A stretch of 60,738 nt of DNA, filler included, from 4 parts of 4 records of this genome joined end to end with filler, not necessarily neighbours in it, one strand, 5' to 3'. Shown: positions 35,533-46,173, counted from the whole stretch's first letter. Notes: generated by a model from the sequence alone, not told the origin. Made by a program: numbers and translations.

Positions 35533-38500
35533 CTGAACTCCGTCTACATCACGTTGGGTGTAACAGTCATTCTGGTGCTGGTGGCAGCGCTGGTCGGGCC
35601 GTTCTTTATCGACTGGACCGTCTACCGGTCGACTTTCGAAAGCTATGCGGAGCGCGCGCTCGGGCACAGGGTGACTGTGTTGGGGGAGGCGGATCTGCGG
35701 CTTCTGCCTGCGCCCTCCATCAGTTTTTCCGACGTGCGTGTCGGTGGTGCCGAAGATCCGCTGCTGGTGGTCTCGCGCTTCGACATGCGCATCGAGCTTC
35801 CGTCGCTGCTGAAGGGCGAGATTCGGGTTCTCGACATGGAGCTCGATCGTCCGCACCTGTCACTTTCACTTGATGAGGCTGGTCGACTGGACTGGCTGAC
35901 GGCGATGACGTCGAGCGGCGCCATAGCCAAACTGGCACCGGATGACCTGTCCTTCGAAAAGGTGACGATCCGTGACGGCGCATTGACGATCGTCGATGCG
36001 CGGTCCGGCGAAATCAACCGGATCGATGACGGAAATCTGGTCGTGTCCGCACGCTCGCTGGAAGGCCCGTTCCGGGGCGCCGGCAGCCTCACGCTGAATG
36101 GTGCGCCCTATACGGTCAGTCTTGCGACAGGCCGCGCACAGGAAAACGCCGGACTGCGCGTCAAAGGCGAAGTCACGCCCACTGACAGGCCGGTGAACTT
36201 TGCTTTCGACGGTCAGCTTCAGGTGGCCGACGCCGCGCCTGAGTTCGACGGCCGCTTCACCATCGCCTCTGTTGCGCTGGAAGAAAACGATCCGAACATC
36301 TGGCAGGCGGAAGGGCAGTTCACCGCCGATATCGCCGAGGTCGCGGTTCCTGAATTCGAGTTCCGCTATGGTCCCGAAGACCGGCGCCTGAGCATGACCG
36401 GCAATGCGGATCTGATCTATGCCGGCGAAAAGCGTTTTGAAATCCGTGCTAAGTCAAAGCAGGTCGATCTGGACAGGTTGCTGGGCGGCGGACCGCAATC
36501 GCCTGTCGACATCAACGAGGCGGCGACACGGCTGATTGCTGCCCTGCGTGTCGTGCCGCTGCCGTCCATCGACGGTGCCGTATCCATGGATGTTCCGGCG
36601 CTGGTGGCCGGTGGCGGCATCATCCAGAATGTTCGCCTGGATCTTGAAACCATGCTGGGCGGCTGGCGCGTCGCGCGCCTTGCCGGACGCCTGCCGGGCC
36701 GCACGACGGTTGCCACCCAGGGCGACCTCGGCCTCGAGCCGTCTTTGACCTATCGCGGTGCGGTGTCTATCAGCTCGGACCAGCCGGGGTCGCTTCTCAG
36801 CTGGTGGCGGCAGAAGGAAGCCGGCGTCGGTACTATCGAACCAGTTTCCCTGGAAGGACGCTTGAACCTGGTGCCCGAAGGAGCGGCGCTGGACAATCTG
36901 CGTCTGACCATCGCCGGTTCCGAAGCCCGCGGCGGCCTGGCTTACCGCATTCCACGCAGCGGCAATTCGGAATTCTCGCTCTCTCTGGAAGCTGACCGGC
37001 TCGATCTGGATCAGATCGAAAACCTGGCTGCCCTGCTTCACCCTCAGGCTGTCGAAGCGGGGGAACCGGCAGATCCCAAAGGCCTCGATGTTTCCTTGCG
37101 CCTTCGTGCCAAACAGGTGGTGGCGCGCGGTGTCGAGGGCGAAGGTCTGGCGCTGGAGGCAGAGTATTCGGACGGCGGTGTCAGGATCGACAGGCTGTTT
37201 GCAAATGACCTTGCAGGCGCCCGGCTCGATGTCTCCGGCGATATCCGCAATCTCTTTTCAGCACCTGAGGGAGCTGTGTCCGGAACGCTCGACGCCCGGG
37301 ACCTGTCCGGTCTTGTTGCGCTGGCAGGCGGGTTGTTTCCCGAAACCGTCTTTGTTGAACGGCTGGAGCGCGCAGCCGCAAGTCTGGTGCCTGCCAAGTT
37401 CGATGCCGAGTTGAAGGCGGCTGCGGTTGGCGAAGCAACGGACATGACACTGCGCCTGGATGGGAGCGCGGGCGGCGCCGACGCTGCGATCAATGCCGAG
37501 CTCAAGGGCCGGGTCGACCAGTGGCACGATGCCGAAGTTGCTGTCGGTGTGGAACTGAAGGGCCCGGATGGCGGCCGGCTTCTGCAGCAGCTCGGGTTTG
37601 ATGTCATTCCTCTGGAAGCTGCCGGAACAGGCCATCTGGCGCTGAATGTTTCCGGCATTCCGGCAAAGGGGCTGGCGACCGACCTTTCCACGGAGATCGG
37701 CGGATCCAGCGTTGAAGCCAACGGAACCTTGACCCTGAAAAAGGATGAGGCGCCGGAATACCTTGTTTCGGTGAACGCAGAGACAGCGGACCTTGGCCCA
37801 CTGGCGTTGATGGCCGGCCGGGTCCTGCCGGTCATGAGCGGCACGATCCCTGCAGCGCTTTCGGTCGATGTCGAAGGGATTGGCAGCTCGATGGCTGTCA
37901 GCAGGGCCGAAGGCTCGCTCGGAACGACGACGTTCGAAGGTCGTCTGGAAGGCGACCTTGAACCGGCACCGGGCGAACGTAACAGACGTTTCTCCGGTGA
38001 GATAACGGTGTCCGAGGCCGATCTGCGCACAATGACGGAACTGGTCCTTGGTCCCGATCAGTGGTTCTCGGCGGGGGACGGTTCAAGCATCTGGCCGACA
38101 ACCCCGTTCGGATCGCCGCTTCTGGATGGCCTCGACCTGACCATGCAGTTCAAGGCAGATAAAATGCTGCTGGACGAGGACACCGCCATTACGGGTCCGA
38201 GTGCCGAAATTCGTCTGTCTCCCAGCCTGTTCCGCCTCGACGGTCTGCAGGGGGCCTTTGCCGGTGGTCAGCTTGACGGCAGCCTCTCGATACGCCGGAC
38301 CGAGGCGGAGGCCGCGGCTTCCGGCCGGGTGAAACTGGACAATGCCGATCTGAGGCAGGTGTCCTGGCGGCCGGACAACAGGGCGGTCGCTTCCGGCACG
38401 CTCGATCTTTATCTGGAATTCGAAGGGGCGGGACGCTCGATCTCGGCAATCGTGTCAGGCCTCAACGGCGGCGGCACGTTCTCGATGGAAAACGGCGACT

Positions 38501-39402
38501 TCCGCGGTCTAAATCCGCAGGCCTTCCCGCTGGTGACACGCGCGGTGGATGCGGGACTGGATCTTCAGGAGAACAAGATCCGTGACGTTTTCGTCAGCCA
38601 CATGGCGGCGGGAAGTCTTCCGTTCAAGCGCGTTGACGGCACGCTGACAATGGTGGGCGGACGACTGAGCGCCCGCAACGTTGTTGTCGATGCCGAAAAG
38701 GCGGAGATCTTCGGCAGTGCCGAAGTCAATCTCGCCAGTTACGATCTCGATGCGGATTTCTCGTTGAAAGTCGATCCGGGCGAGGACGCGGTCACCGGTG
38801 CTGAACCACAGGTCGGACTGTTGTTCGAAGGGGCGGTCGAGGCTCCGGAACGCCGCATCGACATCGCGCCGTTTACCGCCTATCTCACCCTGCGTGCCTT
38901 TGAGCGGGAGGTTGAACGCGTCGAGAAGCTACAGGCGGAAATTCTGGAACGTGACCGGCTTGTGCGGGAACTGAAAAACCAGCGGGAAGGCGAAGCCCGC
39001 CGGGAACGTCAGGCAGCCCGGGCGGCCGAAGAAGAGCAGCTTCGTCTTGAGCAAGAGCAGTCCGGCGAAGACATTCAGCCTCAGCCTGATCCGGACAAGC
39101 AGGAAAATTCAGCCCTTCCGCAAAAGACCGACGATGCGCCGCGCAGGGAAACCCGCGCCGCGCCGCCGCCAGTGCCTGCGCCAGCCCCGGCACCGGCCCC
39201 GGCTGTTGCCGCGGCTCCCTTTGCAGAGCGCATTCGGGCCGTGTTGGAGACGCCGGATCTGGAAGACCTGACCGCAGCGCCAGATACTGCCCCGGTCACC
39301 AATCCTTCGAACAGCCTGCCACCCCTGGACCCGCCGGTTTCCATTGAAGACCTTCTGACACGCGACGTCGGCTCGCCGCTGGTCCTGCCCGGCGCGCAGT
39401 GA
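35533..39402 (+). CDS. AsmA-family protein
   Basis: N-terminal anchor AALVGPFFIDW..YR..FE; Gly-rich beta repeats; Pro-rich tail. CTG start inferred from AGGAG at 35521-35525. Confidence 0.85.
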   Translation: MNSVYITLGVTVILVLVAALVGPFFIDWTVYRSTFESYAERALGHRVTVLGEADLRLLPAPSISFSDVRVGGAEDPLLVVSRFDMRIELPSLLKGEIRVLDMELDRPHLSLSLDEAGRLDWLTAMTSSGAIAKLAPDDLSFEKVTIRDGALTIVDARSGEINRIDDGNLVVSARSLEGPFRGAGSLTLNGAPYTVSLATGRAQENAGLRVKGEVTPTDRPVNFAFDGQLQVADAAPEFDGRFTIASVALEENDPNIWQAEGQFTADIAEVAVPEFEFRYGPEDRRLSMTGNADLIYAGEKRFEIRAKSKQVDLDRLLGGGPQSPVDINEAATRLIAALRVVPLPSIDGAVSMDVPALVAGGGIIQNVRLDLETMLGGWRVARLAGRLPGRTTVATQGDLGLEPSLTYRGAVSISSDQPGSLLSWWRQKEAGVGTIEPVSLEGRLNLVPEGAALDNLRLTIAGSEARGGLAYRIPRSGNSEFSLSLEADRLDLDQIENLAALLHPQAVEAGEPADPKGLDVSLRLRAKQVVARGVEGEGLALEAEYSDGGVRIDRLFANDLAGARLDVSGDIRNLFSAPEGAVSGTLDARDLSGLVALAGGLFPETVFVERLERAAASLVPAKFDAELKAAAVGEATDMTLRLDGSAGGADAAINAELKGRVDQWHDAEVAVGVELKGPDGGRLLQQLGFDVIPLEAAGTGHLALNVSGIPAKGLATDLSTEIGGSSVEANGTLTLKKDEAPEYLVSVNAETADLGPLALMAGRVLPVMSGTIPAALSVDVEGIGSSMAVSRAEGSLGTTTFEGRLEGDLEPAPGERNRRFSGEITVSEADLRTMTELVLGPDQWFSAGDGSSIWPTTPFGSPLLDGLDLTMQFKADKMLLDEDTAITGPSAEIRLSPSLFRLDGLQGAFAGGQLDGSLSIRRTEAEAAASGRVKLDNADLRQVSWRPDNRAVASGTLDLYLEFEGAGRSISAIVSGLNGGGTFSMENGDFRGLNPQAFPLVTRAVDAGLDLQENKIRDVFVSHMAAGSLPFKRVDGTLTMVGGRLSARNVVVDAEKAEIFGSAEVNLASYDLDADFSLKVDPGEDAVTGAEPQVGLLFEGAVEAPERRIDIAPFTAYLTLRAFEREVERVEKLQAEILERDRLVRELKNQREGEARRERQAARAAEEEQLRLEQEQSGEDIQPQPDPDKQENSALPQKTDDAPRRETRAAPPPVPAPAPAPAPAVAAAPFAERIRAVLETPDLEDLTAAPDTAPVTNPSNSLPPLDPPVSIEDLLTRDVGSPLVLPGAQ

Positions 39403-39520
39403 CAGGCTGGTACGACGGGCCTTCGCTCGTCGATTTTGGGCAGGTGTTGCCTGAAGCCCATTGAACGGCGATCGGAAAAGAAGCCGCCAGTCCTTTTCAC
39501 TCAAAGTTTCAGCAATCTCT

Positions 39521-39548
39521 CCTCATCCTGAGGAAGCGCGCAGCGCTG
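39521..39548 (+). repeat. Start of an intergenic palindromic (REP-like) repeat at the contig end
   Basis: CCTCATCCTGAGGAAGCGCGCAGCGC; a related copy lies at 25932-25979, and the contig breaks here. Confidence 0.45.
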
Positions 39549-39648
39549 NNNNNNNNNNNNNNNNNNNNNNNNNNNNNNNNNNNNNNNNNNNNTTAATTAA
39601 TTAANNNNNNNNNNNNNNNNNNNNNNNNNNNNNNNNNNNNNNNNNNNN
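39549..39648. other. Artificial contig linker
   Basis: N-run, TTAATTAATTAA, N-run. Confidence 0.99.
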
Positions 39649-39649
39649 A

Positions 39650-40324
39650 AGCGTCTACAAATCTAGGGGCACCTCAGTTGGACTGAGCCGGGCAGTGACC
39701 GATCTGCTGGATCTGTACGGCATCAGCTACAACAGCAGCACCAGCCTGGCGCTGAAGATTGTGCGGCTTGTATTCGTCGGCAAGGGTCGCGAGACCAAGA
39801 TCGCCAATCGCGCGTACACCTACACCCGTGTTCTTACCGTTGCAGCTGAAGCGGGCATCACAGGCGAACAGCTACCTCAGTTCATCACTGACAACAACGG
39901 CATCGACGAACTGCGTCGCCAAGACAAAGACGGCCAAACTGACACGCAGAAGGCCAAGCGTGCTCGTGACTATGCTGAAGCAGCCCTGGTTAACCAAAAC
40001 ACTGTCGCGGCCGTGGCGATGACGGATGAGCTGCAGCCCGCCGATGGCGCTCGCTACAGCTTAGCTCTGGTTCGCAAAAACGAGGACGGCTCTGGCAGCA
40101 TTGTGTTCGGGACCAACAACCAAGCCGCAGTGAACACTGTGCTGACCCTCGCAGGCAAAGCACTGAAAGAACGTGCTGCACAAGCTGTCGAGCAGAATGT
40201 TGCAAAGCACGACGCTGAACAGCGTGCTGAGAATACAGAACGACTAGCACAGGAATTGTTGTCCACTAGCTTCGAGCCGCAGGTGCAGGTCAACGTGCCT
40301 GAAACGGAACAAGCGTCCGTTTAA
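39650..40324 (+). CDS. Hypothetical protein, 5'-truncated by the contig edge
   Basis: Frame is open back to the contig start. Confidence 0.7.
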   Translation, partial: SVYKSRGTSVGLSRAVTDLLDLYGISYNSSTSLALKIVRLVFVGKGRETKIANRAYTYTRVLTVAAEAGITGEQLPQFITDNNGIDELRRQDKDGQTDTQKAKRARDYAEAALVNQNTVAAVAMTDELQPADGARYSLALVRKNEDGSGSIVFGTNNQAAVNTVLTLAGKALKERAAQAVEQNVAKHDAEQRAENTERLAQELLSTSFEPQVQVNVPETEQASV

Positions 40325-40395
40325 TCCAGAGCAATGCAGCAGGCAGAAATTCAGCTGTCTGCTAACCCCCATCATTTTCATTGAAAGGAAAGAAC

Positions 40396-41106
40396 ATGAA
40401 GTTCGACAAGAAGCATCGCCCCCAAACGCTCAACGACGTGATCTTCGCAGACGCGGACGTAAAGCAGACGCTTGAAGACTACGCCAACAATCAGCGCGAC
40501 AAACATCTCTTACTCTACGGCCCCAAAGGTACTGGCAAGTCAGTGTCAGCTCAGTTGGTGCTGAAAGAGCGTATGGGTGTGATTTGTCAGACAGGACTTG
40601 GTGATCCATGGAACGCCAAAGCCTATCAGGAACGGAATGACAGTTTTAATCCTGCACTGCGTCAATGGGACTGTCAGCTGTCGATGGGTGCTCGCACTGG
40701 CTGTTCCGTGTTCGACGAATTGGACCAGTTCACCCTGCCCATGCAGCACAAGCTGCGGGCATTCATCGATCAGTACGAGCAGGGTATGATCATTGCGACG
40801 ACGAACAACCTGCATCTGATTGATGGGCCCCTCAAGGACCGCTTTCGTCCCCTTTTTGTAGATTACCCCAGCATCACGCAATGGGTGCCACGTGTGATGT
40901 CTGTGATGGCCAGTGAAGGTATTTCCGTCACACCCTCACAAGCAGCAGGATTGCTCAAAGGCTTTGAAGGCAGCGGGCGCAAACTGGACGACTGGATGGA
41001 AGATTGCGTGTTTCGCCTTCAGCGCCTCATGACGCAGGTCACAACGTCTGCACCTGCCCATATGCAGCCCTGTGCTCAAACAATCAATGGCGCGGGAATA
41101 GCATAA
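40396..41106 (+). CDS. Clamp-loader-clade (RFC/gp44-like) AAA+ ATPase
   Basis: KHRPQTLNDVI, LLLYGPKGTGKS, FDELD, ATTN, LKDRF (SRC-like). Confidence 0.8.
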   Translation: MKFDKKHRPQTLNDVIFADADVKQTLEDYANNQRDKHLLLYGPKGTGKSVSAQLVLKERMGVICQTGLGDPWNAKAYQERNDSFNPALRQWDCQLSMGARTGCSVFDELDQFTLPMQHKLRAFIDQYEQGMIIATTNNLHLIDGPLKDRFRPLFVDYPSITQWVPRVMSVMASEGISVTPSQAAGLLKGFEGSGRKLDDWMEDCVFRLQRLMTQVTTSAPAHMQPCAQTINGAGIA

Positions 41107-41246
41107 TGGAAGTGCCGCCTGATCTTATCATGCGTAAAGCCGATGAACATTTGCCAGAGGCAAAGGCTGACCGGTTCAAGGCGTTGTGGCAGCAGCTGAA
41201 TATGTCTCAACAAATGCTAATCGTTTTAACGCTGCATAACAGCTGA
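41106..41246 (+). CDS. Small hypothetical protein (46 aa)
   Basis: TAATG coupling to the ATPase gene. Confidence 0.4.
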   Translation: MEVPPDLIMRKADEHLPEAKADRFKALWQQLNMSQQMLIVLTLHNS

Positions 41247-41313
41247 AAGAAAGTGTCGCTGGTGAAAATCGGCGATACATCCCCTTCCCGCATCACAATA
41301 GGAGAACAGCACC

Positions 41314-41637
41314 ATGTACATGGATACCGTACTGCGCCTTTTTAATATCGATCGGCTGGTCACTGATCGCGTGTTTAAAGCATTAGAGCGGCAAGAACAG
41401 ATCGATGACTTGCAAGACTGGTACGACAGCTTCAGCCCGTTTCCCATGCTGCAAGAATTGGCAGCAACTGACTTCAAAGCTGCTGTAGAAGCCGCGGCAC
41501 TGACGCAAATGACAGACGCCGAGTATACGGGATTTCGTCGTCAATGGCATCAATTGGACCCTGCCCAGCAACGTAAGTACCTGTGCGAGCTTGCTGGACT
41601 ACCAGAGTCTGAGCGCGACAGAGATTTCGACGTATAA
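41314..41637 (+). CDS. Hypothetical protein
   Basis: AGGAG RBS; followed by a terminator. Confidence 0.7.
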   Translation: MYMDTVLRLFNIDRLVTDRVFKALERQEQIDDLQDWYDSFSPFPMLQELAATDFKAAVEAAALTQMTDAEYTGFRRQWHQLDPAQQRKYLCELAGLPESERDRDFDV

Positions 41638-41658
41638 GCGAAGTCTTTGAACACCATG

Positions 41659-41688
41659 GCTGTCAGCGCTCGTGCTGGCGGCTTTTTT
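41659..41688 (+). terminator. Intrinsic terminator
   Basis: GCTGTCAGC-N6-GCTGGCGGC followed by TTTTTT. Confidence 0.7.
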
Positions 41689-41868
41689 GTGTACCGAACT
41701 TGGTTGCCCCAAAAACACTTGGGACACTGTCTCCGCTACATAGTCGATGACACAGTGTCGGCAGAACCTGTGGAAACACAAAAACGGCCATAACTTCCGG
41801 CACACAGTGCTTGCCACATCGAATGCGAGTTTCCTGCCCCGTTGATAAATACACGGGAAAGGATTGAG

Positions 41869-42489
41869 ATGGCGGATTGGCGACGCGAACGACAAGAACT
41901 AATGACACACCTGCTTGAACAAGACTGGGACGTGTTTGGCACGCTCAAGTTTGTTGACGGCAGAACTATTGGTAGTACCACTGCCAACAAATTGCTACGT
42001 TCATACTGGAACAGAGTTGACCGCGTGTTCTTTGGTCACGCCGCAGAACGACAAAATATTCGTGTGCCACGCTGGTGCTTCGCGCACGAAGGCTCAGACA
42101 GCGAAAACTTCCATATCCACTTCGTGTTGAAATCCCCTATCGCCGAAACAGAACACGCCTGCACCGTGCTCAACGCGATTTGGGCACAGCACTATCAGCA
42201 GACCGGACCGATTGAGAAGAACTGGGTCATGCCGGTGATCAGTCGTTGGGGCACGGTGAACTATGTGACTCGCGAGTACTGGCGCATGGGCAGCGCCACG
42301 GTGTTAGACGACATCAGTTGGGACGGTACAAATTCCGTTGAAATGGCTAAATACGAACATGACGCTCAGCGTCACAGAATACAAAGGGCAGCCAGCCCAA
42401 TCTGGCTTAGGCAAGCACAACAGGCATTAACAGCTCAGCTAGCAGCGTATGCTGCAGACGACGGAAACCTCGTAGCGAAGCGTGGCTAG
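41869..42489 (+). CDS. HUH-endonuclease-like protein (rolling-circle Rep-like)
   Basis: Motif I FGTLKF, motif II HIHFVL and motif III-like NYVTRE, in canonical Rep order. Confidence 0.6.
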   Translation: MADWRRERQELMTHLLEQDWDVFGTLKFVDGRTIGSTTANKLLRSYWNRVDRVFFGHAAERQNIRVPRWCFAHEGSDSENFHIHFVLKSPIAETEHACTVLNAIWAQHYQQTGPIEKNWVMPVISRWGTVNYVTREYWRMGSATVLDDISWDGTNSVEMAKYEHDAQRHRIQRAASPIWLRQAQQALTAQLAAYAADDGNLVAKRG

Positions 42490-42926
42490 GCCCCTTCGCA
42501 CTGCAGCATATCAGACAACCAAAATCGAATCGTGACCAAGATGAATTTCTTGGCACATCCTTGTTCAGTGGCAGCACACAAAGCAATCAATCCAAATGCA
42601 CAAATTGGCAACACACAAAGCGATCAATCCAAACAAGTATTATAAAATACATACAATCTATGATTGATTAACAAGTTTCAAACAAAGAGCTCAGCGAGCA
42701 ACAGAGAAACACTACCACTTGACTGACACTGAGATTATAGAAAGCAACACATATACAGTAACATAGCGTCAGCGATACATACCGTTAGACGCTTTTTTTG
42801 TGAGCGCTGGATCGGTTCTCTCCCGCATCTCCCTTTCCTGCCACAGCCTCCGCCTTTTCGGTCGTCCATGTGATTTTGTGATCATATATTCTCGTCATAG
42901 GTGTATTTAAAGGAGGCATTTGACCA

Positions 42927-43385
42927 ATGACCGCACTCACAAAACTCAACTTCAAATCGGTAACACGCAGTACAACACGTGATCCGGTTCTGGCTCGTCG
43001 TGACAAGCTCGTGGCGGGGTTAAAAGAGCAGCAGTTGGTTCATGCCGCTGCGCTTAAAGGCGAAGATCATCGCATTGAGCGATCCAAATGGATGAACAAC
43101 GAGCACGGCGAACGAGTTTCTGTCAAAACCTATCGCCGCATACGCCCCTGGTTCTTTGAACAAGACGGCGGGTGGTATGTGCAGTGTCGTTATGGGGCAC
43201 GTGTGATTGCAGCTGATGGCACCAACAACGCTGTGTTCGTCAAATCACTCAAAGACGTGGCGGCTGTACTGGACGTGTTCTTGTCAGCGGCATCTGCAGG
43301 GGAATTGGACGCAGCGGCTTCCAAAGCCACTGAACGAAAGCCCCGAATCAAAGCGGGTGCAGCGCGGGCCACGACAAATGGTTGA
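42927..43385 (+). CDS. Hypothetical protein (DUF6641-like)
   Basis: AGGAGG RBS; DP...RR.KL...L.EQ and R.RPWF...G.W....RYG pattern, recalled from mobile-element proteins. Confidence 0.55.
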   Translation: MTALTKLNFKSVTRSTTRDPVLARRDKLVAGLKEQQLVHAAALKGEDHRIERSKWMNNEHGERVSVKTYRRIRPWFFEQDGGWYVQCRYGARVIAADGTNNAVFVKSLKDVAAVLDVFLSAASAGELDAAASKATERKPRIKAGAARATTNG

Positions 43386-43710
43386 TTGCAGCACAGCTCG
43401 CATAAGGGAACTCAATGACCGGGCACGGCAGTCCTTCACTGGCTGTCGTGTTGTCATTACACGAGGTATCGCTGAGCTGGATGAAGCTGTGCGTGACGAT
43501 ATCATCCGCCAAGTGAAAACCTATGACCGTTTCACGCCAGCAAATGACCCATATGGCGAACATGACTTTGGTGCCTTCCATGCAGGGCTGCATCATGTGT
43601 TTTGGAAATGGGATTATTACGACGTGGATTTCACCATGCAGTCACCTGATGCAAGTGATGCAGGTGTCACAGCTCGTGTGCTTACCATAATGCTTGCCGA
43701 TGAATACTGA
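43378..43710 (+). CDS. DUF3768-family protein
   Basis: I.ELND..R...NDPYGEHDFG...FWK.DYYD...T.RVLTIMLA.EY. Confidence 0.85.
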   Translation: MVDCSTARIRELNDRARQSFTGCRVVITRGIAELDEAVRDDIIRQVKTYDRFTPANDPYGEHDFGAFHAGLHHVFWKWDYYDVDFTMQSPDASDAGVTARVLTIMLADEY

Positions 43711-43912
43711 CAACATCGTTGATATTGTTGCCTTTGCGTTTTGGCCGCTTGTGTCAAAAATATCAGTTTGAAATAAAGCTAGTGCGAACTAAGTGACACG
43801 TGGTCGTCAATCATGCAACGCAACCCTCCGCAGTCCATTTACTAAATTTATGCGCTGCAAATGACTGAGCTACACAGCACAGATCGAACAAGGGCTGTCA
43901 CACCAATTCTAG

Positions 43913-44743
43913 GTGAATAGAATGTTCAAGTATCAAAAGCATCATTCGCAAAGGAACTTATTCAACAAGCTTTATGCTTTGGTTGCGCTCTGTGCTACAT
44001 TATCTTTTTGGCAGCCTTCGACAGTACAAGCTTCCGAAAATAACTGGCGTCCTGTGTCGGCAGGATGGAAAATTTCTTGCGGCGTGGATCGCGGCAGTAT
44101 CGTACGAAAATCAAGCACGAGCTATGTGTTCAAAAACAGTTCGAACAAATGCGTCAGCCGAGGCACCTATAACCAACGTGCTGAGCTGAGTGGCCTATAT
44201 TTTTCAGCACAGCAATCCGTGAGTTATCAGTTCGCAGCCACGGTGCAAATGGAAACAGCTACCTCAGAAAAGTTCACAGTCTTCCAAGTGCATGACGGAC
44301 GGGGCTCTTGTGCCCCTCCTTTGAAAATTCATTGGAACCCGAACAATACTCTCAGCTTCTACAGTGCATATTCGTTGGATAAAGGGGCTCACGATTGCGT
44401 AGAAAACGTAGCACTGGTGAAACAGCGGTATACTGGGCCGCGGCTACGTCGTGATGGGACGGCTTACAAGCTTCAGGTCATGATGAACTTTGACGGCAGT
44501 GGCGGCTTCAGTGCGGACGTTTACATTGATGGTAAGAAAAGTCTGTCCGGAAATTATACGCCACCAAATGACAGACGCTTTTTCCGTTCGAACCGATTTT
44601 TCTTTAAACACGGTATCTATTCGAAAAATCAATTCCCGTACCAGTTTACGTCTTCCGATATTGCTACCTACCGCTATGTGCAGGGCGGGGTGAGATCCAT
44701 GAAACAGTCGAATGCCGCTGGTGCCGCTTATACTGGGCGCTAG
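43913..44743 (+). CDS. Secreted polysaccharide-lyase-like (beta-jelly-roll) protein
   Basis: Signal peptide; QRAEL, FQVH and FFKHGIY parallel the PL7-type R.EL, QIH and YFK.G.Y motifs. Confidence 0.65.
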   Translation: MNRMFKYQKHHSQRNLFNKLYALVALCATLSFWQPSTVQASENNWRPVSAGWKISCGVDRGSIVRKSSTSYVFKNSSNKCVSRGTYNQRAELSGLYFSAQQSVSYQFAATVQMETATSEKFTVFQVHDGRGSCAPPLKIHWNPNNTLSFYSAYSLDKGAHDCVENVALVKQRYTGPRLRRDGTAYKLQVMMNFDGSGGFSADVYIDGKKSLSGNYTPPNDRRFFRSNRFFFKHGIYSKNQFPYQFTSSDIATYRYVQGGVRSMKQSNAAGAAYTGR

Positions 44744-44799
44744 CGGGGGTCAAAGATGCGGCAGAGACACTTTTAGCTTAGTAGTGGCGTCTACTCCGG

Positions 44800-45100
44800 T
44801 GTCCTGGTGTAGAAAACACGACTAACCCCTGCACTGACAACGCTGACCCGACGACGGAGTGCCATCGAGCCCGAGATCGGACACATGAAAGGCGACGGCT
44901 GTCTAGGTGCAAGCCCTCATAAGGAACCCAGCAGCGATGCAATCTTTGCCGTTCCATGCGGATGTGACCACAACGTACGCAAAATCCTGCGGCCTCTCAG
45001 GTCTCTTTTCGTCTCCTTATTGGCCGCAACGCTGTCCGCAATCCAAATTTTTGCAGCCAATACGACCCACAATCAGCCGCTATACACACCACTCATAGCT
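44800..45100 (+). pseudogene. IS5-family transposase C-terminal relic
   Basis: RRRSAIEPEIGHMK.DG.L...DAIFAV.CGC.HN.RKIL. Confidence 0.75.
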
Positions 45101-45159
45101 TGACTAGCATAGTTTAAGATCGGCGATCTTTAGAAGATGCACGGAAGCAACTCATAACA

Positions 45160-45882
45160 TCATCGGCTGTAGTAATACCTGTGGTCCAAGTAAGATTCCA
45201 ACATGCATCGAACAATGTCACGCCTAACGGGAACAGGATGTTTTCCTATTTCATCATAAAGCTCTTTTCCATTACTCCCACTTCGTTCTTTTTTACACTT
45301 CAAGAACAATCTCGGAAACTTATCGTGATGTTTCTTCTGAAGGCTTTTCAGGAGATCACAATTTGGCCTCTGCTCTAGCAATCGATCTACAAGGCATAAG
45401 TCCTGCGACCATTCCATAAGTCCGGATAGCTTGATGCTTTCGAAGGACAACATCAGCAGGGAGGCATATTTTCCTCCTGTCTTCGCAACTTGATCTGGCA
45501 GGGAAAGTGTCTTGATTGGAGAAATCGAAGCTGACCCTTGCTGGATATCCATCAGTTTTCTGGCGACAAAATTGCTTTTTTCATAACGTGTAAATTCCTT
45601 GTCCCAATATTGCTCCATAAATCGTTTCGTTGCGGGATGCCCCTCACTATTTAATAGATTTGTAGACTCTAACAGAAATAACCCATGAAGTTTTTCTTCT
45701 TGTCTTAGGTAGCCACCGTCATTGTCCGCCAAAATTTTTCTCATTTTGAAAAAAATATCTGTATGGCGTAGCTCTCGAGCAAACTGGTCAAAACCACAGT
45801 GGTCTAAAAACCACATGTAATCAGCCTGATCAGTTGTCATTTCTAAGCTGTAGTAACCGTCTTCTTGAAACGCAGGTTTCAT
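45160..45882 (-). CDS. AT-rich orphan hypothetical protein
   Basis: AAGGAG RBS before MKPAFQED; about 240-aa ORF in low-GC DNA. Confidence 0.65.
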   Translation of the reverse strand: MKPAFQEDGYYSLEMTTDQADYMWFLDHCGFDQFARELRHTDIFFKMRKILADNDGGYLRQEEKLHGLFLLESTNLLNSEGHPATKRFMEQYWDKEFTRYEKSNFVARKLMDIQQGSASISPIKTLSLPDQVAKTGGKYASLLMLSFESIKLSGLMEWSQDLCLVDRLLEQRPNCDLLKSLQKKHHDKFPRLFLKCKKERSGSNGKELYDEIGKHPVPVRRDIVRCMLESYLDHRYYYSR

Positions 45883-46173
45883 TTTAATCTCCTTCTTCTT
45901 ATATTGGTGCATCCGATAGTTTGAGTAATTGGGGTGGATCACTGCACCAGTCTACGCTGTATCGTTTTGTTCAATATTTAGTATTTGCGTACTTAGTTCC
46001 GGAGCAGAAATGATAAAGAAGCAAAAACCTCATACAAACAGCATTCTATGAGATTTTCGCCTAAGTCATTGAAAAATATATAAGTCAGGTAAGGCGTGAT
46101 TTCGGTCGACCAACTAAAACCTCAGACTTTACAGTCATTTGTAGCAAATGATTATGTTTTGAGGGGATCGACC

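Noticed and set aside
39150-39220. Pro-Ala repeat at the AsmA C-terminus
   Set aside because: Ordinary low-complexity linker.
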